Shown here: one piece after another, positions 1 to 9,507 of the stretch
Position numbering within the stretch: the first letter of the stretch is position 1
How the letters are laid out: each line of letters starts with the position of its first letter
Source of the DNA: a virus
Taxonomy: Duplodnaviria; Caudoviricetes
Direction: 5' to 3' (one strand)
Length of the DNA stretch: 64,000 nucleotides
IMG/VR virus record: IMGVR_UViG_2740892609_000001
Span: 1,688-65,687 of that record
Notes under the pieces: generated by a model
What the model was told of the DNA's origin: nothing
Seen by the model: only the letters and a program-made list of their open reading frames with translations
The model's database searches: none
Translations under genes and position numbers: made by a program

Positions 1-31
1 GGGTCGGTGTGACAGAAACGATCGGCTGCTA

Positions 32-537
32 CTACGCGCCGTCGCGGTCGGTCGGGTAGTTCAGCTCGCGCAGCATCGGCTGAACCCGACGCCACGCCTG
101 AAGGTTGCGCTGGCGCTCTTCAGGGGTGGGGCTCTTGGATGCGCCCTTCACGATGACAGTGACGCTGGTCCCGTCCGGGAGCTGGACGACGGCGGTATCC
201 ACCACGGCACCCTCTCGCTCAAGCTCATCCTGAACGGTCATAGGAAGGCCCTCCGCCAAGGATCGCCCAGGGCGGGTGCGGAGGCGTCGCCGGCAGCCAG
301 CGAAGGTTCGCCGCCCACCAGCACCGCCTCGGGCGAGTCGGGGGTCCAACCGACCAGCTCGGCATAGGCGCGAATCGTGTGCGTGACTTTGGTGTAGCCC
401 TCGCCGCGGTCGATGTTCTGCACTGTTGCACGGCTGACGCCGAGCTCCGCCGCGACGGCTTCTTGCGTCAACTTGGGCTTGCGAGCCAAGCGCGCGGCCT
501 TGAGTGCCGCACCCAGTCGTACCCAGTCCTGGTCCAT
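32..537 (-). CDS. XRE-family immunity repressor (cI-like), split by an apparent 1-nt frameshift near 270
   Basis: HTH LKAARLARKPKLTQEAVAAELGVSRATVQNID; divergent from a cro-like gene; adding one base joins ORF 238..537 to the 32..550 frame (507 nt). Confidence 0.8.
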
Positions 538-681
538 GGCTACTCATCATGCCCTAAGTGCGTGCAACCAAGAAGCTCACTTCTCAGCCTTTGACCAGCG
601 CATTAGTAGTCAATTCAAGCATCCAGGGTTGCATCTGGCGCTCATGAAGCGCCCCCGTCACAACCTGTCACTCCGTGTCAA

Positions 682-806
682 GCTCAAAACTTGAGCGTGA
701 AATGTAGGCAGACCGCTTGCACACGTAGCCAGAGTGAGCCTATGTTTTGAGCGTGAGACCGAACGGACCAGCCATACGGGCCATCCGAAGAGCTCAGCAC
801 TTGAGC
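682..806. promoter_or_regulatory. Candidate repressor operators GCTCA-N5-TGAGC
   Basis: GCTCAAaacTTGAGC at 682-696 and GCTCAGcacTTGAGC at 792-806; degenerate half-site ending at 752. Confidence 0.55.
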
Positions 807-962
807 CTCCGTGCGCTCCAGGAGATGACGGGCTTGAACCGGGGCTACCTCTCGCGAATGGAGAGGGGGCACATCCGGGAGTCGGCCGAAGAGCCGGTTC
901 GCAAGGTCGCCGACGCACTAAACGTGCCGCGGAAGGCCATCACCCACGAGGAGAAGACGTGA
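747..962 (+). CDS. Cro-like XRE HTH protein
   Basis: IRAIRRAQHLSLRALQEMTGLNRGYLSRMERG; divergent from the repressor. Confidence 0.85.
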   Translation: MSVRPNGPAIRAIRRAQHLSLRALQEMTGLNRGYLSRMERGHIRESAEEPVRKVADALNVPRKAITHEEKT

Positions 963-1249
963 CCACCGACGCCAGGAAGGCGCCTCCGACCCAAATCGCC
1001 AAGCGCCGATCGCTGGGCGCGAAGGCGGTACTCAAGCGCAAGGCCGCTGAAGAGCTGGACCTCATCCGCTGGGAGGTCGAGGAGGTGGTCGCTAAGCAGC
1101 TGCTGCCCTACAAGAGCGCCCGCGTCCTCAAGGAGAAGTGCTACCGACGCGAGGTCTACCACCACAACGACGGCGGGCGGATCACCTTCTCCCCCGAGAG
1201 CATCCGCCTCGAAAACGCCCGCACCCTCGTCGCCCCGATCGCCGCCTAG
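959..1249 (+). CDS. Small DNA-binding (Xis-like) protein
   Basis: GTG start overlaps the cro stop; basic protein with a wHTH-like pattern. Confidence 0.55.
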   Translation: MTTDARKAPPTQIAKRRSLGAKAVLKRKAAEELDLIRWEVEEVVAKQLLPYKSARVLKEKCYRREVYHHNDGGRITFSPESIRLENARTLVAPIAA

Positions 1250-1358
1250 CTGCGGCTATGCGGCCCCGACCGCCGGTGACGTCGCAGTAACCGCCGGCCA
1301 GGGCCTACGAGATCCACCCACGTCTCTCGCAACTACCTGCAAGAGGAAGAGGACCCCG

Positions 1359-1655
1359 ATGTCCCACATCATGCCCGATCGGGTCGCTGACCTGATCCCC
1401 TCCCAGCGTCCGAAGCCGCCGGCTCCGGCTCCGTCCCCCTTCAAGGTCGCCCTGTTCTCTGCGGCGAAGCGTCCGGCCCGTCAGGTTGAGGCCGCGGCCC
1501 GTCTGACGGACATCGAGCGCGAGCTTGCCCGTCTTCGTCCGCTGGTTTCGGTTGAGGACCAGGGTGACCGCGAGACGCTCCTCGCCCAGTGGTCGGCGGC
1601 CGACAAGGTTCTGTCCGGTGTTCCGCTGCGGCAGTCGACGGCGGTGCTGTCATGA
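1359..1655 (+). CDS. Hypothetical phage early protein
   Basis: GAGGA RBS; coupled to the next gene. Confidence 0.65.
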   Translation: MSHIMPDRVADLIPSQRPKPPAPAPSPFKVALFSAAKRPARQVEAAARLTDIERELARLRPLVSVEDQGDRETLLAQWSAADKVLSGVPLRQSTAVLS

Positions 1656-1990
1656 GCATCCGCAACAGCGCCCCCACGGCCCGCGACTGGCTGCTGAACT
1701 ACGCCGGCGACAGCGACTGGCAGACGCAGGTCGACCGAGTCCTGGCCCAGCACCGCGCCGAGGTCGAGCGTGAACTGCTCGGCGACGAGGCGAACCCCTC
1801 GCCCCTGGTCCTCAACGCCGTCTCGTACCGCCTGCTCGTCGAGCGCATCGAGGCAACGATGACCAACCCCGACCAGTGGGATGGCGACGACGCCGAGGTC
1901 GAGATCCTCGCCCGGTACGTCGAGTGGCTGGCTGCTGGCTCCCCCACGGAGGACGGCTGGCCGGTCCGGGTCGAAGGCGGTGCGCGATGA
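1652..1990 (+). CDS. Hypothetical phage protein
   Basis: ATGA overlaps on both sides; high GC3. Confidence 0.65.
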   Translation: MSIRNSAPTARDWLLNYAGDSDWQTQVDRVLAQHRAEVERELLGDEANPSPLVLNAVSYRLLVERIEATMTNPDQWDGDDAEVEILARYVEWLAAGSPTEDGWPVRVEGGAR

Positions 1991-2325
1991 GCCACGCCCG
2001 CCGTGAGGCACTGAAGGCGAAGGGCCAGAAGGCGGCCGACGCCTGGAACGCGAAGTACCCGGTCGGCACGCTGGTCATGGCGTACCCGTGGGTCCGGCCG
2101 GAGCACCCGGCTTTCGACGGAACCTCCCTCATCACCCGCACCCGCAGCGTGGCCTGGCCTCTCGGTCACGGTGACCTGCTCGTCCTCGTCGAGGACTACT
2201 CGGGCGGCATTTCCATCGACCACATCGACGTGATCGACGAGACGCCCGGAGACGTTTTCGGCGGGCACCACCAGCACTGCTACATCCGCGAGGGTCACCA
2301 CTGCTCATGCGGAGGCACCCGATGA
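1987..2325 (+). CDS. Hypothetical phage protein
   Basis: ATGA coupling. Confidence 0.65.
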   Translation: MSHARREALKAKGQKAADAWNAKYPVGTLVMAYPWVRPEHPAFDGTSLITRTRSVAWPLGHGDLLVLVEDYSGGISIDHIDVIDETPGDVFGGHHQHCYIREGHHCSCGGTR

Positions 2326-2597
2326 GCGACGTCCTCCCCATCGACAGCGGTTCCCCGGCCCGCGCCGAGCTGACCCCGGCCGCTGGTATCGCCCGCCTGG
2401 ACGTGCCGCTGGCCCAGCTGGACTTGGACCTGCAGGCCCTCCGCCTGAAGCGGGAGGCCGAGCGTGAGGCCCGCATCCGGGACGGTATCCGCGCCGAGAT
2501 GGCCCACCTGAAGCACGACGCCGACCCCGACGCGGTCACCCGCCCGTTCCCGTACCTGCGTAAGGGCATCAGCGCCCGCCGAGGAGGCCAGTCGTGA
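2322..2597 (+). CDS. Hypothetical phage protein
   Basis: ATGA coupling. Confidence 0.6.
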   Translation: MSDVLPIDSGSPARAELTPAAGIARLDVPLAQLDLDLQALRLKREAEREARIRDGIRAEMAHLKHDADPDAVTRPFPYLRKGISARRGGQS

Positions 2598-2896
2598 TGC
2601 GAGCAACCAGCTTCTGGACGGATCACGTATGGGTCGACCCCGGCTTCTCGTCGGAGCCGTCGCTCAACATCCACCCCGAGGGCCAGAACCGAGGCAGCGA
2701 CTTCACCCTCCTCTTCCCGCTCCGGACCTCGGCCGAGACGCAGCTGCGGATCGCCGACACGGTGCTGGCTGGCGTGCAGAAGTGGCGGGACCTGATCGCG
2801 GCCCGGGCCGAGCAGGAGCGCACGGCTGAGAGTGAGCTGGCGGCGGCCCGCGAGGAGATCGCTCGCCTCAAGGCAGAGGCTGAGGTGGCGGCATGA
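2594..2896 (+). CDS. Hypothetical coiled-coil phage protein
   Basis: GGAGG RBS; coupled. Confidence 0.65.
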   Translation: MMRATSFWTDHVWVDPGFSSEPSLNIHPEGQNRGSDFTLLFPLRTSAETQLRIADTVLAGVQKWRDLIAARAEQERTAESELAAAREEIARLKAEAEVAA

Positions 2897-3078
2897 CGGC
2901 CCCGGTGCAGGCTCTCGCCGATCAGGAGACGGCCGCTCTGGTCCAGGTGGAGGCGGAGTTCGCTCGCCGGTCGCACGGGTTCAAGCCGTGGACGATCCGC
3001 GAGTACCTCGACCAGATCGAGGCCGTACACGTCCGCTACAGCCGGCTCCGGCACTACCAGCAGAAGGCGGCGGCGTGA
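2893..3078 (+). CDS. Hypothetical phage protein
   Basis: ATGA coupling. Confidence 0.6.
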   Translation: MTAPVQALADQETAALVQVEAEFARRSHGFKPWTIREYLDQIEAVHVRYSRLRHYQQKAAA

Positions 3079-3266
3079 TGGCCCGCATCGAGTCGGTCAC
3101 GTCGGTCCTGCTGTCCGACCCGCCGCCGGTCTTGGTGACACCTGCCCTCCTGCGAGGTCTGGGCCTGCTGGAGCGGGAGGTCGATCCGGACTTCGCGGAC
3201 ACGCTGGCTGCCGGCTACGTCGAGGACTTGGAGGCGTTCGGCGCCCGGATCGGCGGCCGGTCATGA
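3078..3266 (+). CDS. Hypothetical phage protein
   Basis: TGATG coupling. Confidence 0.5.
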   Translation: MARIESVTSVLLSDPPPVLVTPALLRGLGLLEREVDPDFADTLAAGYVEDLEAFGARIGGRS

Positions 3267-3356
3267 CCCTCCGCCGTATCGCCGCCCTGGACGCCCTCGC
3301 GGGCCTCTTCTTCGCCACCATCGCCCTCGCCGGGCGCCACTACCTCAGGGGGAACC

Positions 3357-3707
3357 GTGCCTGACGCCACCACCGACCCGATCCGCAACCTGCACGAGTT
3401 CGCTCTCAACGCTCACATCGTGATCGGCATGCGCGTTGCGAAGGACGTCACGCCGTCGATGATGTGGGAGCGGGCCTCTGGCACCGCTGCGGCCTGGTGC
3501 GTCCACCGGCTGCTGGCCCGCCTCGCCGAGGTCGACCCGGAGGGTGTCCGCGCGTTCGTCGAGGAGCTCGCCGAGGAAGGCGAGATGCCGGAGCTGACGG
3601 ACCCGTTCGAAGCGGCCGAGGAGCTCGGCTTCAACCCGCAGGCATGGATCGACCGGGAGTTCGCCCGCCAGGACGCGCTGAAGGCAGGTGCCTCCGATGG
3701 ACGCTGA
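3357..3707 (+). CDS. Hypothetical phage protein
   Basis: RBS; codon bias. Confidence 0.65.
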   Translation: MPDATTDPIRNLHEFALNAHIVIGMRVAKDVTPSMMWERASGTAAAWCVHRLLARLAEVDPEGVRAFVEELAEEGEMPELTDPFEAAEELGFNPQAWIDREFARQDALKAGASDGR

Positions 3708-4034
3708 CACCCGCCTCGCCGAAGCACAGGCCCAGATCAAGCTGCTGCGGACCGGCCTGAACGCCGCGCACGAGATGAGCGGCCACATGCACCAGGTGTT
3801 CGGCGGGTGGAGCGAATGCTCCCCTGCGAGAAGGCCAACGACGAGTGCGACAGCGCCTTCGCCTGCGACAGCTACAAGACGTGGCAGCGCGAGTACATGG
3901 CCGGTCTCACCGCACGGGCCGAACTGGCAGTCGAGCAGCTCGGGTGCCTCCTCGCCGACCGCGACCAGGAGATCGCCGAGCTGCGGGCCGCCGAGCCCAC
4001 CCTCGACGACGACCAGCCGGGAGTGCCCGCATGA
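3697..4034 (+). CDS. Hypothetical phage protein (apparent 1-nt frameshift at G-run 3805-3807)
   Basis: Adding one base joins MDADTRL... to ...ERMLPCEK (339 nt). Confidence 0.55.
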
Positions 4035-4399
4035 GCGTCGCAACTGCGATAGCCGCGATAGCCTACCCCACGGGCCGACGCCGCGCGGTCGACGAGGTGG
4101 CCCGGCTGCGGGCCCTGAACTTGTCGCTGCTGGTCCTGCTCTGGCACCTGATGCGACGGCTGGTCGAGGCCACTACCGCCCGGGACGCCGCGAACGCGAA
4201 GGTCAGCCAGTTGGGCGAGGTCGAAGCCCAGCTCGCCGAGACCACGCAGCACGCGGCCCGGCTTGAGGCCGAGGTGACCGCGCTCCGGGCCCAGCTCGCC
4301 AACGCACGCAAGGTCGGCGACCTGGCCGCGCACTCGGCGGTCACGGAGACCCAGTCGATCCCGGTCCTGACCCTGCAGCAGGCATTCGGAGGGGTCTGA
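4031..4399 (+). CDS. Hypothetical coiled-coil protein
   Basis: ATGA coupling; heptad pattern. Confidence 0.6.
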   Translation: MSVATAIAAIAYPTGRRRAVDEVARLRALNLSLLVLLWHLMRRLVEATTARDAANAKVSQLGEVEAQLAETTQHAARLEAEVTALRAQLANARKVGDLAAHSAVTETQSIPVLTLQQAFGGV

Positions 4400-4608
4400 T
4401 GAGCTACCGCCCCGTGGCGTTCGTCGTCGACTGCGACGTCTGCGCCGAGTCCCTCGAAGACGGCGACCTCGTCGCCCGGTTCGCCACGCAGGCAGCCGCC
4501 GCCAAGGAGGCGGAAGCAGCCGGCTGGACGCGAGACGCAGCGGGTGGCCTGGTCTGTGCCCGCGACAACGAAGCGCACCGCGAAGCCCGCCTGCTCGGGC
4601 CCCTCTGA
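4399..4608 (+). CDS. Small Cys-motif protein
   Basis: CDVC motif; TGATG coupling. Confidence 0.6.
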   Translation: MSYRPVAFVVDCDVCAESLEDGDLVARFATQAAAAKEAEAAGWTRDAAGGLVCARDNEAHREARLLGPL

Positions 4609-4713
4609 CCGCTGACGCCGCGCATCCCACGGACCGCGGCGTCAGCCACCAACCACCGCCCCGGACGGGCATACCGCCCGCCCGCGGCCCGCCACACCCT
4701 CCGCGAGGACCAC

Positions 4714-4938
4714 ATGGCTATCCGACTCGGCCGCTGGGAGATCGACATCTACCAGCGTGCCATCCACATCACCCGCGAACCCGACCCCCACTGCCTCGAA
4801 TGCTCCGGCGAAAAGGGCGGCTGGATCGCCTACGGCGGAGACGTCGACTGGGACGAATGCGCCTGCCTCGACCAGCTCCGCACCTGGCGCCTCCCCCTCT
4901 GGGCCCGCCGCCCCTACCCGATGCAGGAGCCGTTCTGA
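4714..4938 (+). CDS. Small zinc-finger-like protein
   Basis: CLEC...CAC; RBS. Confidence 0.6.
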   Translation: MAIRLGRWEIDIYQRAIHITREPDPHCLECSGEKGGWIAYGGDVDWDECACLDQLRTWRLPLWARRPYPMQEPF

Positions 4939-5741
4939 TGATCGCCACCGGCAGCGACGCATACGGAGAGATCCTCGCCGAGCAGATCGCCGAGTTCATC
5001 GTCGACGCCGACCGCAACTCGGCCCGCTCTCTGCAGCGCTCGCTCGGCCCCAGCGAGGCTGGTGAACCCTGCGAGCGGCAGCTGACCTACAAGATCCTCG
5101 GCATCCCCGAGTCCAACGCCGAGCGCGACCCGATCGCCGCGATCATCGGAACCGGCTTCCACATGTGGATGGCCCAAGCCTTCGAGCGCCGCCAGGCGAC
5201 CCTGTCGGACGGCGGTCCCCGTTTCCTCGTCGAGAAGCGCGTCACGGTGCGCGACGGCCTCGACGGCACCGCCGACTTGTACGACCGGCTCGGCCGCATC
5301 AACAACGACTGGAAGCTCGTCGGCGCTAGCAGCCTCGACCGCTATCGCCGCCAGGGCCCCGGCCCCAAGTACCGCATCCAGGGGCACATGTACGGGCTTG
5401 GCCAGGAGAACGCCGGCCGCCGTCCCGACCGTGTCGCGATCACTTTCATCGCCCGGCACCACGAACTCCAGGTCCACGTCTGGTCCGAGCCCTACGACCG
5501 ACAGATCGCCCTCGATGCCCTTGCCCGCCTCGACCGTATCGAAGCCCGGGCTGCCGAACTGGACCTCGCGAACCACCCCGAGAACTGGGCGCTCATCCCG
5601 CTCGCCGACGACCCGACCTGCATCTGGTGCCCGCACCTGAAGCCGGGCAGTGACGACCTCGCCCAGGGGTGCCCCGGCAAGCCCGACCCCAACCCCGGCG
5701 CTTCGTTCGAAGCCCTCATCGCCAAGGAGCCGACCACGTGA
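4938..5741 (+). CDS. Cas4/RecB-like PD-(D/E)XK exonuclease
   Basis: LGPSEAGEPCERQ, GTGFH, GTADLYD, DWK, Q-x-x-x-Y and C-terminal CxWC...C. Confidence 0.85.
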   Translation: MIATGSDAYGEILAEQIAEFIVDADRNSARSLQRSLGPSEAGEPCERQLTYKILGIPESNAERDPIAAIIGTGFHMWMAQAFERRQATLSDGGPRFLVEKRVTVRDGLDGTADLYDRLGRINNDWKLVGASSLDRYRRQGPGPKYRIQGHMYGLGQENAGRRPDRVAITFIARHHELQVHVWSEPYDRQIALDALARLDRIEARAAELDLANHPENWALIPLADDPTCIWCPHLKPGSDDLAQGCPGKPDPNPGASFEALIAKEPTT

Positions 5742-6342
5742 CCACACCCCATCAGCCGCCCAGCGCCGACGAACTGCTCATGGGTGGAGGCGGCCCGCCC
5801 TCGGCCAAATTCCCCGTCCTCGGGTACGAGAACGCAGGCCGCATCGTCGGTAAGCCGACTGTCGAACAGCAGCGCGACTACGACAGCGACGAGCCCCTGT
5901 ACTGGGCCGACGGCAAGCCCCGCTGGCAGATCGTCGTCACCTTGGCTACCGGGGAGCGCGACCCGGAGATCAGCGACGACGACGGCCTCCGGCGCCTCTT
6001 CATCAAGGGCCAGATGAAGACGGCTGTCCAGGCCGCGCTGAAGACGGCGAAGGCCGATGGCTTGGAGGACGGCGGTCACCTCACCGTCACGTACACGGCG
6101 GACGGCGCCCAGCCCAACCCGAAGAAGAACCCGCCGAAGCAGTACACCGCTCGCTACGTAACCGCCGCCAACGCCGAGCTGATGGCTTCGGAGCCCATCA
6201 AGCACCCGCCGGCTGCAGCGCCGGCCGCCCCACCCACTCCCGGCCCGCGGCCGCGCTTCCGGCGGACCTGCTGGCCAACCCGCAGCTGATGCAGCTGCTG
6301 CAACAACTGGCCAGCGTCCCGCAGACGCCCCCGCCGCTCTAG
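5738..6342 (+). CDS. Phage ssDNA-binding/annealing protein (apparent frameshift near 6245)
   Basis: Follows the exonuclease; SAKF...QQRDYD...GKPRWQ...LFIKG...PPKQYTARY resembles actinophage SSBs; adding one base extends it to TAG at 6342. Confidence 0.65.
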
Positions 6343-6416
6343 GCCAACTCCGGTCCGGCCGCCGGGAATGCGGCCGGACCGATCCCCAGGACAGCACACG
6401 TGAGAGGACCCCCGCC

Positions 6417-6782
6417 ATGACCCGTCGCCTCACCGTCGCCGAACGCCACGCCTCCACCGCCCGAGACTTCCTGCTGGAGCAGATAGCCGAGCGGTCGACC
6501 TGGGACCAGTTCCTCGTCGAGCAGGCCGTCTTCGCCATCCTCCTCGCCTACGACACCGCCTCCGCCAACGACGTCCGCGACCTCCTCCCCCAGATGGGGC
6601 ACGGCTTTCTCGGCGCCGCGATCAACGCGATGCGGCGCGGCGGACTCATCCAGCACACCGGGCAGGTTGTCCCGTCCACGCTGGACTCCACCCACGGGCA
6701 TCGGATCGCGGTCTGGGAGTTCACCGCGAAGGGGCTGGCCGTCGCTGCGAAGAGCACCGCCGCGCGACGGGAGGCCGCGTGA
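6417..6782 (+). CDS. Winged-helix-like phage protein
   Basis: SANDVRDLLP...LGAAINAMRRGGLI...STHGHRIAVW. Confidence 0.6.
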   Translation: MTRRLTVAERHASTARDFLLEQIAERSTWDQFLVEQAVFAILLAYDTASANDVRDLLPQMGHGFLGAAINAMRRGGLIQHTGQVVPSTLDSTHGHRIAVWEFTAKGLAVAAKSTAARREAA

Positions 6783-7060
6783 TGGGCCCCTGGGAATGGG
6801 CCGTCGTCTTCGCGGTGTGCGGGCTGATCGTCGCCGCAGCCACCCACTGGAACCGCAGCGACGACTCCCGCACCTACCGCGGCGCATGGGGCGAATCGAC
6901 CCGCACCGAAGACGACGTCCGCGCCGACGTCACCGCCTGGCGCACCCGCCGGAACGCCGGACCCGCGATCGAAACCGAAGCCGGCGACCCGTACAGCGAC
7001 GACCGCATCACCGCCGAACTGATCTTCATCCCACAGCAGAGGACGGAGGACCACCGATGA
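6779..7060 (+). CDS. Small membrane-anchored protein
   Basis: N-terminal hydrophobic helix; coupled. Confidence 0.55.
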   Translation: MMGPWEWAVVFAVCGLIVAAATHWNRSDDSRTYRGAWGESTRTEDDVRADVTAWRTRRNAGPAIETEAGDPYSDDRITAELIFIPQQRTEDHR

Positions 7061-7454
7061 TCCGCTTCGACTGGATGGAACGAGCGCTCTGTGCCCGCAT
7101 GAACCCCGACAGCTGGTTCGAAGAAGACGACGCCGCCGAAGCCAAGACCGTCTGCGGCTGGTGCCCCGTCCGCACGATGTGCGAGGAACTCGCCGACGAC
7201 CTCGAAGGCAACCTCTCCCGCACATACCGGCACGGCGTCTGGGCCGGCCGAGGCACCTGCGAGCGCGAGGCCCGCAACCGCGACGGCGTACACGAAGCCG
7301 TCCGCAAGGCTGCGGAACTCCGCGATCGGATCCTCGCCCTACCTCGCGTTGAAGCACACGCCGTAGCCGCACGCCTCCACTGCACGGAAGACCACGTCTG
7401 GCGCGTCCGCCGGACCTTCGCCGCCCAGCAGCGGGACATGGGGTGGCCGCATGA
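7057..7454 (+). CDS. WhiB-family transcription factor with C-terminal HTH (apparent frameshift at G-run near 7441)
   Basis: W-x3-ALC...AKTVCGWCPVRTMC...GVWAG; adding one base gives a stop overlapping ATG 7451. Confidence 0.85.
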
Positions 7455-7861
7455 ACACCGTCGCCGCCATCCACGAACTCCTCCTCGCCGGCTACTCCAA
7501 CGCCGCCGTCGCCCGGCAGCTGAACGTCGCCCACGCCCGGGTCGCCACCATCCGCAAGGAGATGGGGCTGCCAGTCCACAAGGCGGGCAGCCCGGCCGCA
7601 GCCAGCCCCGAAGACCTCTTCTGGCGGCGGGCCCAGCCCACAGACGACGGACACCTGCTGTGGCCAAACCCGTCCGGCGACATCCGGCACATCACCGGTC
7701 GCACCAAGGCCGCACGGATCGCCTTCCGGATCCGCCACCGCCGCGAACCCGTCGGCAAGGTCCTCCCCGACTGCGGCCAGCCCGGGTGCGTCCACCCCGA
7801 GCACGTCGCCGACCAGCCCATGCGGCAGACCTACGCCGCGATCTTCGGCACCGCGGCCTAG
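7451..7861 (+). CDS. HTH plus degenerate HNH-like protein
   Basis: GYSNAAVARQLNV; FWRR...GHLLW...CGQPGCVHPEHV. Confidence 0.65.
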   Translation: MNTVAAIHELLLAGYSNAAVARQLNVAHARVATIRKEMGLPVHKAGSPAAASPEDLFWRRAQPTDDGHLLWPNPSGDIRHITGRTKAARIAFRIRHRREPVGKVLPDCGQPGCVHPEHVADQPMRQTYAAIFGTAA

Positions 7862-7901
7862 CCGCTTCCCCACCCGCACCAGCCAGAGAGAAGACGACGC
7901 C

Positions 7902-8477
7902 GTGGAACGCATTCCGGAGCCGCTGGCAGGGTCGCTCGCTTCGACGCTCCAGCACATACGGCTCATCCAGGAGAAGGAAGCCCGCCTCGCAGCCGCCCGA
8001 CGCGAGGCCCTCGCGCAAGTCCTTCACCGAATCGGAACCGAGTACCGAACCGGCTCGATCACCCAGCACCAGCTCTGCATGGCCCTCCTGGAGATCCGAA
8101 GCCTGGAGATGTCGGGGCGGATGACCGCCTGGGACGAGATCGTCGGCGTCTCCTGGAAGCGGCTATCCCAGATCGCCAAGCACCTCCCCAACGGGCCCGA
8201 AGGCAGCTGGATCGGGGAGCACCCCATTCCCGACGGCGCACCCCGGCCGATCTATGGCGTGCCAGTCGTCTACGTCCTGTTCGACGACGCCAATGAGCCC
8301 TGCTACGTCGGCTCGACGGACAAGTTCAGCGCCCGGATGACCGCCCACCACAAGAACGGCAAGCGGTTCATCCGCTGGCAGGCGCATCCGTGCGACGACC
8401 GAGAGCACGCCTACCGCCTTGAGGACCGACTCCTGAGAAGGCACAAGCCCTACCTCAACCAGAAGGCCAGCCGGTAG
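7902..8477 (+). CDS. GIY-YIG nuclease-domain protein
   Basis: VVYVLFD...CYVGST...RMTAH...LEDRLLRRHKPYLN. Confidence 0.8.
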   Translation: MERIPEPLAGSLASTLQHIRLIQEKEARLAAARREALAQVLHRIGTEYRTGSITQHQLCMALLEIRSLEMSGRMTAWDEIVGVSWKRLSQIAKHLPNGPEGSWIGEHPIPDGAPRPIYGVPVVYVLFDDANEPCYVGSTDKFSARMTAHHKNGKRFIRWQAHPCDDREHAYRLEDRLLRRHKPYLNQKASR

Positions 8478-8526
8478 CTGCCGGCCCACCTAGCCGTATC
8501 CGCATCAGTCAGAGAGAAGACGCCTC

Positions 8527-9507
8527 GTGAGGATCCGCCACAGCAGGCTGACGAAGGACTTCCTTCAGGTCCCTAACGCCACCGTGCGCGACGACCGCAT
8601 GAGCCACATGGCCCGCGGCATCCTCGTCGAGCTCCTCAGCCGGCCCGACGGATGGAACACGACCTGCGACGAAATGTGGCAGGCCTCGGTCGCTAAGCAC
8701 GGCAAGGCCAGTCCCGGCCGGCGGCAGTTCCGCGCCGCCTTCGCCGAGCTGAAGGAGCACGGCTACCTGCGCTCCGAGCGGGAGCTCCTGAAGGCCGGTC
8801 AGCACGCCACGATCCTGATCGTCTGCGACGTTTCCGCAGTTCGCGCCGACGTGCCACAGGGCGGTACGTCGGTACGACCTGCGGAAACGCAAGAAACCCC
8901 AGGTCGGGCCGACGTACCACACGGTGGTACGTCGGAGGGTGTCACCGACGTACCAGACGCTGGTACGTCGGAGCGACCTGCGGAAACGGGTATCCATGCA
9001 GCTCAGCCCGACGTACCAGCAGGTGGCACGTCGGCTTCACCTGCGGAAACGAGCATCAGCCCAGCTCGCACCGACGTGCCACACGGTGGTACGTCAAATA
9101 CAGAACACGGTGAGAAGAACACTGGGTTGAAGAACACTTCTTCCGCCGCCCCGGCCAGCAGCCAGCCAGGCGATGAAGAAGATCTCTCCGCCTTCGGAGC
9201 CTTCTGGATCGTCTACCCCAAGAAGATCCACATGGCGAAAGCCAAGACCGAGTGGATCGCTGCGATCCGCCGAGGAGCCAAGCCCGACCAGATGGTCGAC
9301 GCCGCCCAGGCCTACGCCCGATCAGTAGCCGGCAAGGACCCCCAGTACACGAGCTACCCCGCGAACTGGCTCCACTTCGAGCGCTACCACGACGAGTACC
9401 CCGAGTCGCCCACCGGGCAGCCCGACCTCCACGTCGTCGGCAGCCAGAAGCACCGCCCGTTCCAGCCCAACCCGAACGCCAACTACCACAAGGGATTCGG
9501 AGCATGA
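8527..9507 (+). CDS. Replication initiator (lambda O-like organisation)
   Basis: N-terminal VPNATVRDDRMSHMARGILVELLSRP, internal DNA repeats, C-terminal FWIVYPKK...YPANWL; precedes a DnaC-like ATPase. Confidence 0.8.
   Translation: MRIRHSRLTKDFLQVPNATVRDDRMSHMARGILVELLSRPDGWNTTCDEMWQASVAKHGKASPGRRQFRAAFAELKEHGYLRSERELLKAGQHATILIVCDVSAVRADVPQGGTSVRPAETQETPGRADVPHGGTSEGVTDVPDAGTSERPAETGIHAAQPDVPAGGTSASPAETSISPARTDVPHGGTSNTEHGEKNTGLKNTSSAAPASSQPGDEEDLSAFGAFWIVYPKKIHMAKAKTEWIAAIRRGAKPDQMVDAAQAYARSVAGKDPQYTSYPANWLHFERYHDEYPESPTGQPDLHVVGSQKHRPFQPNPNANYHKGFGA
8829..9095. repeat. Iteron array, probable phage origin
   Basis: Five ~27-bp palindromes at 8846, 8909, 8945, 9008, 9071; ACCTGCGGAAACG at 8877, 8976, 9039. 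Confidence 0.85.

Noticed and set aside
6548-8124. Long ORFs 6667..8124 (+) and 6548..7966 (-), and many similar Arg/Pro-rich ORFs
   Set aside because: Shadow ORFs of high-GC DNA; the plus-strand one is WhiB read-through caused by a frameshift
8846-9095. Spaced palindromic repeats resembling a CRISPR array, with a Cas4-like gene at 4938
   Set aside because: The repeats are degenerate, in-frame within rep and unevenly spaced, and the spacers share a motif; the nuclease is a typical phage exonuclease and there is no cas operon
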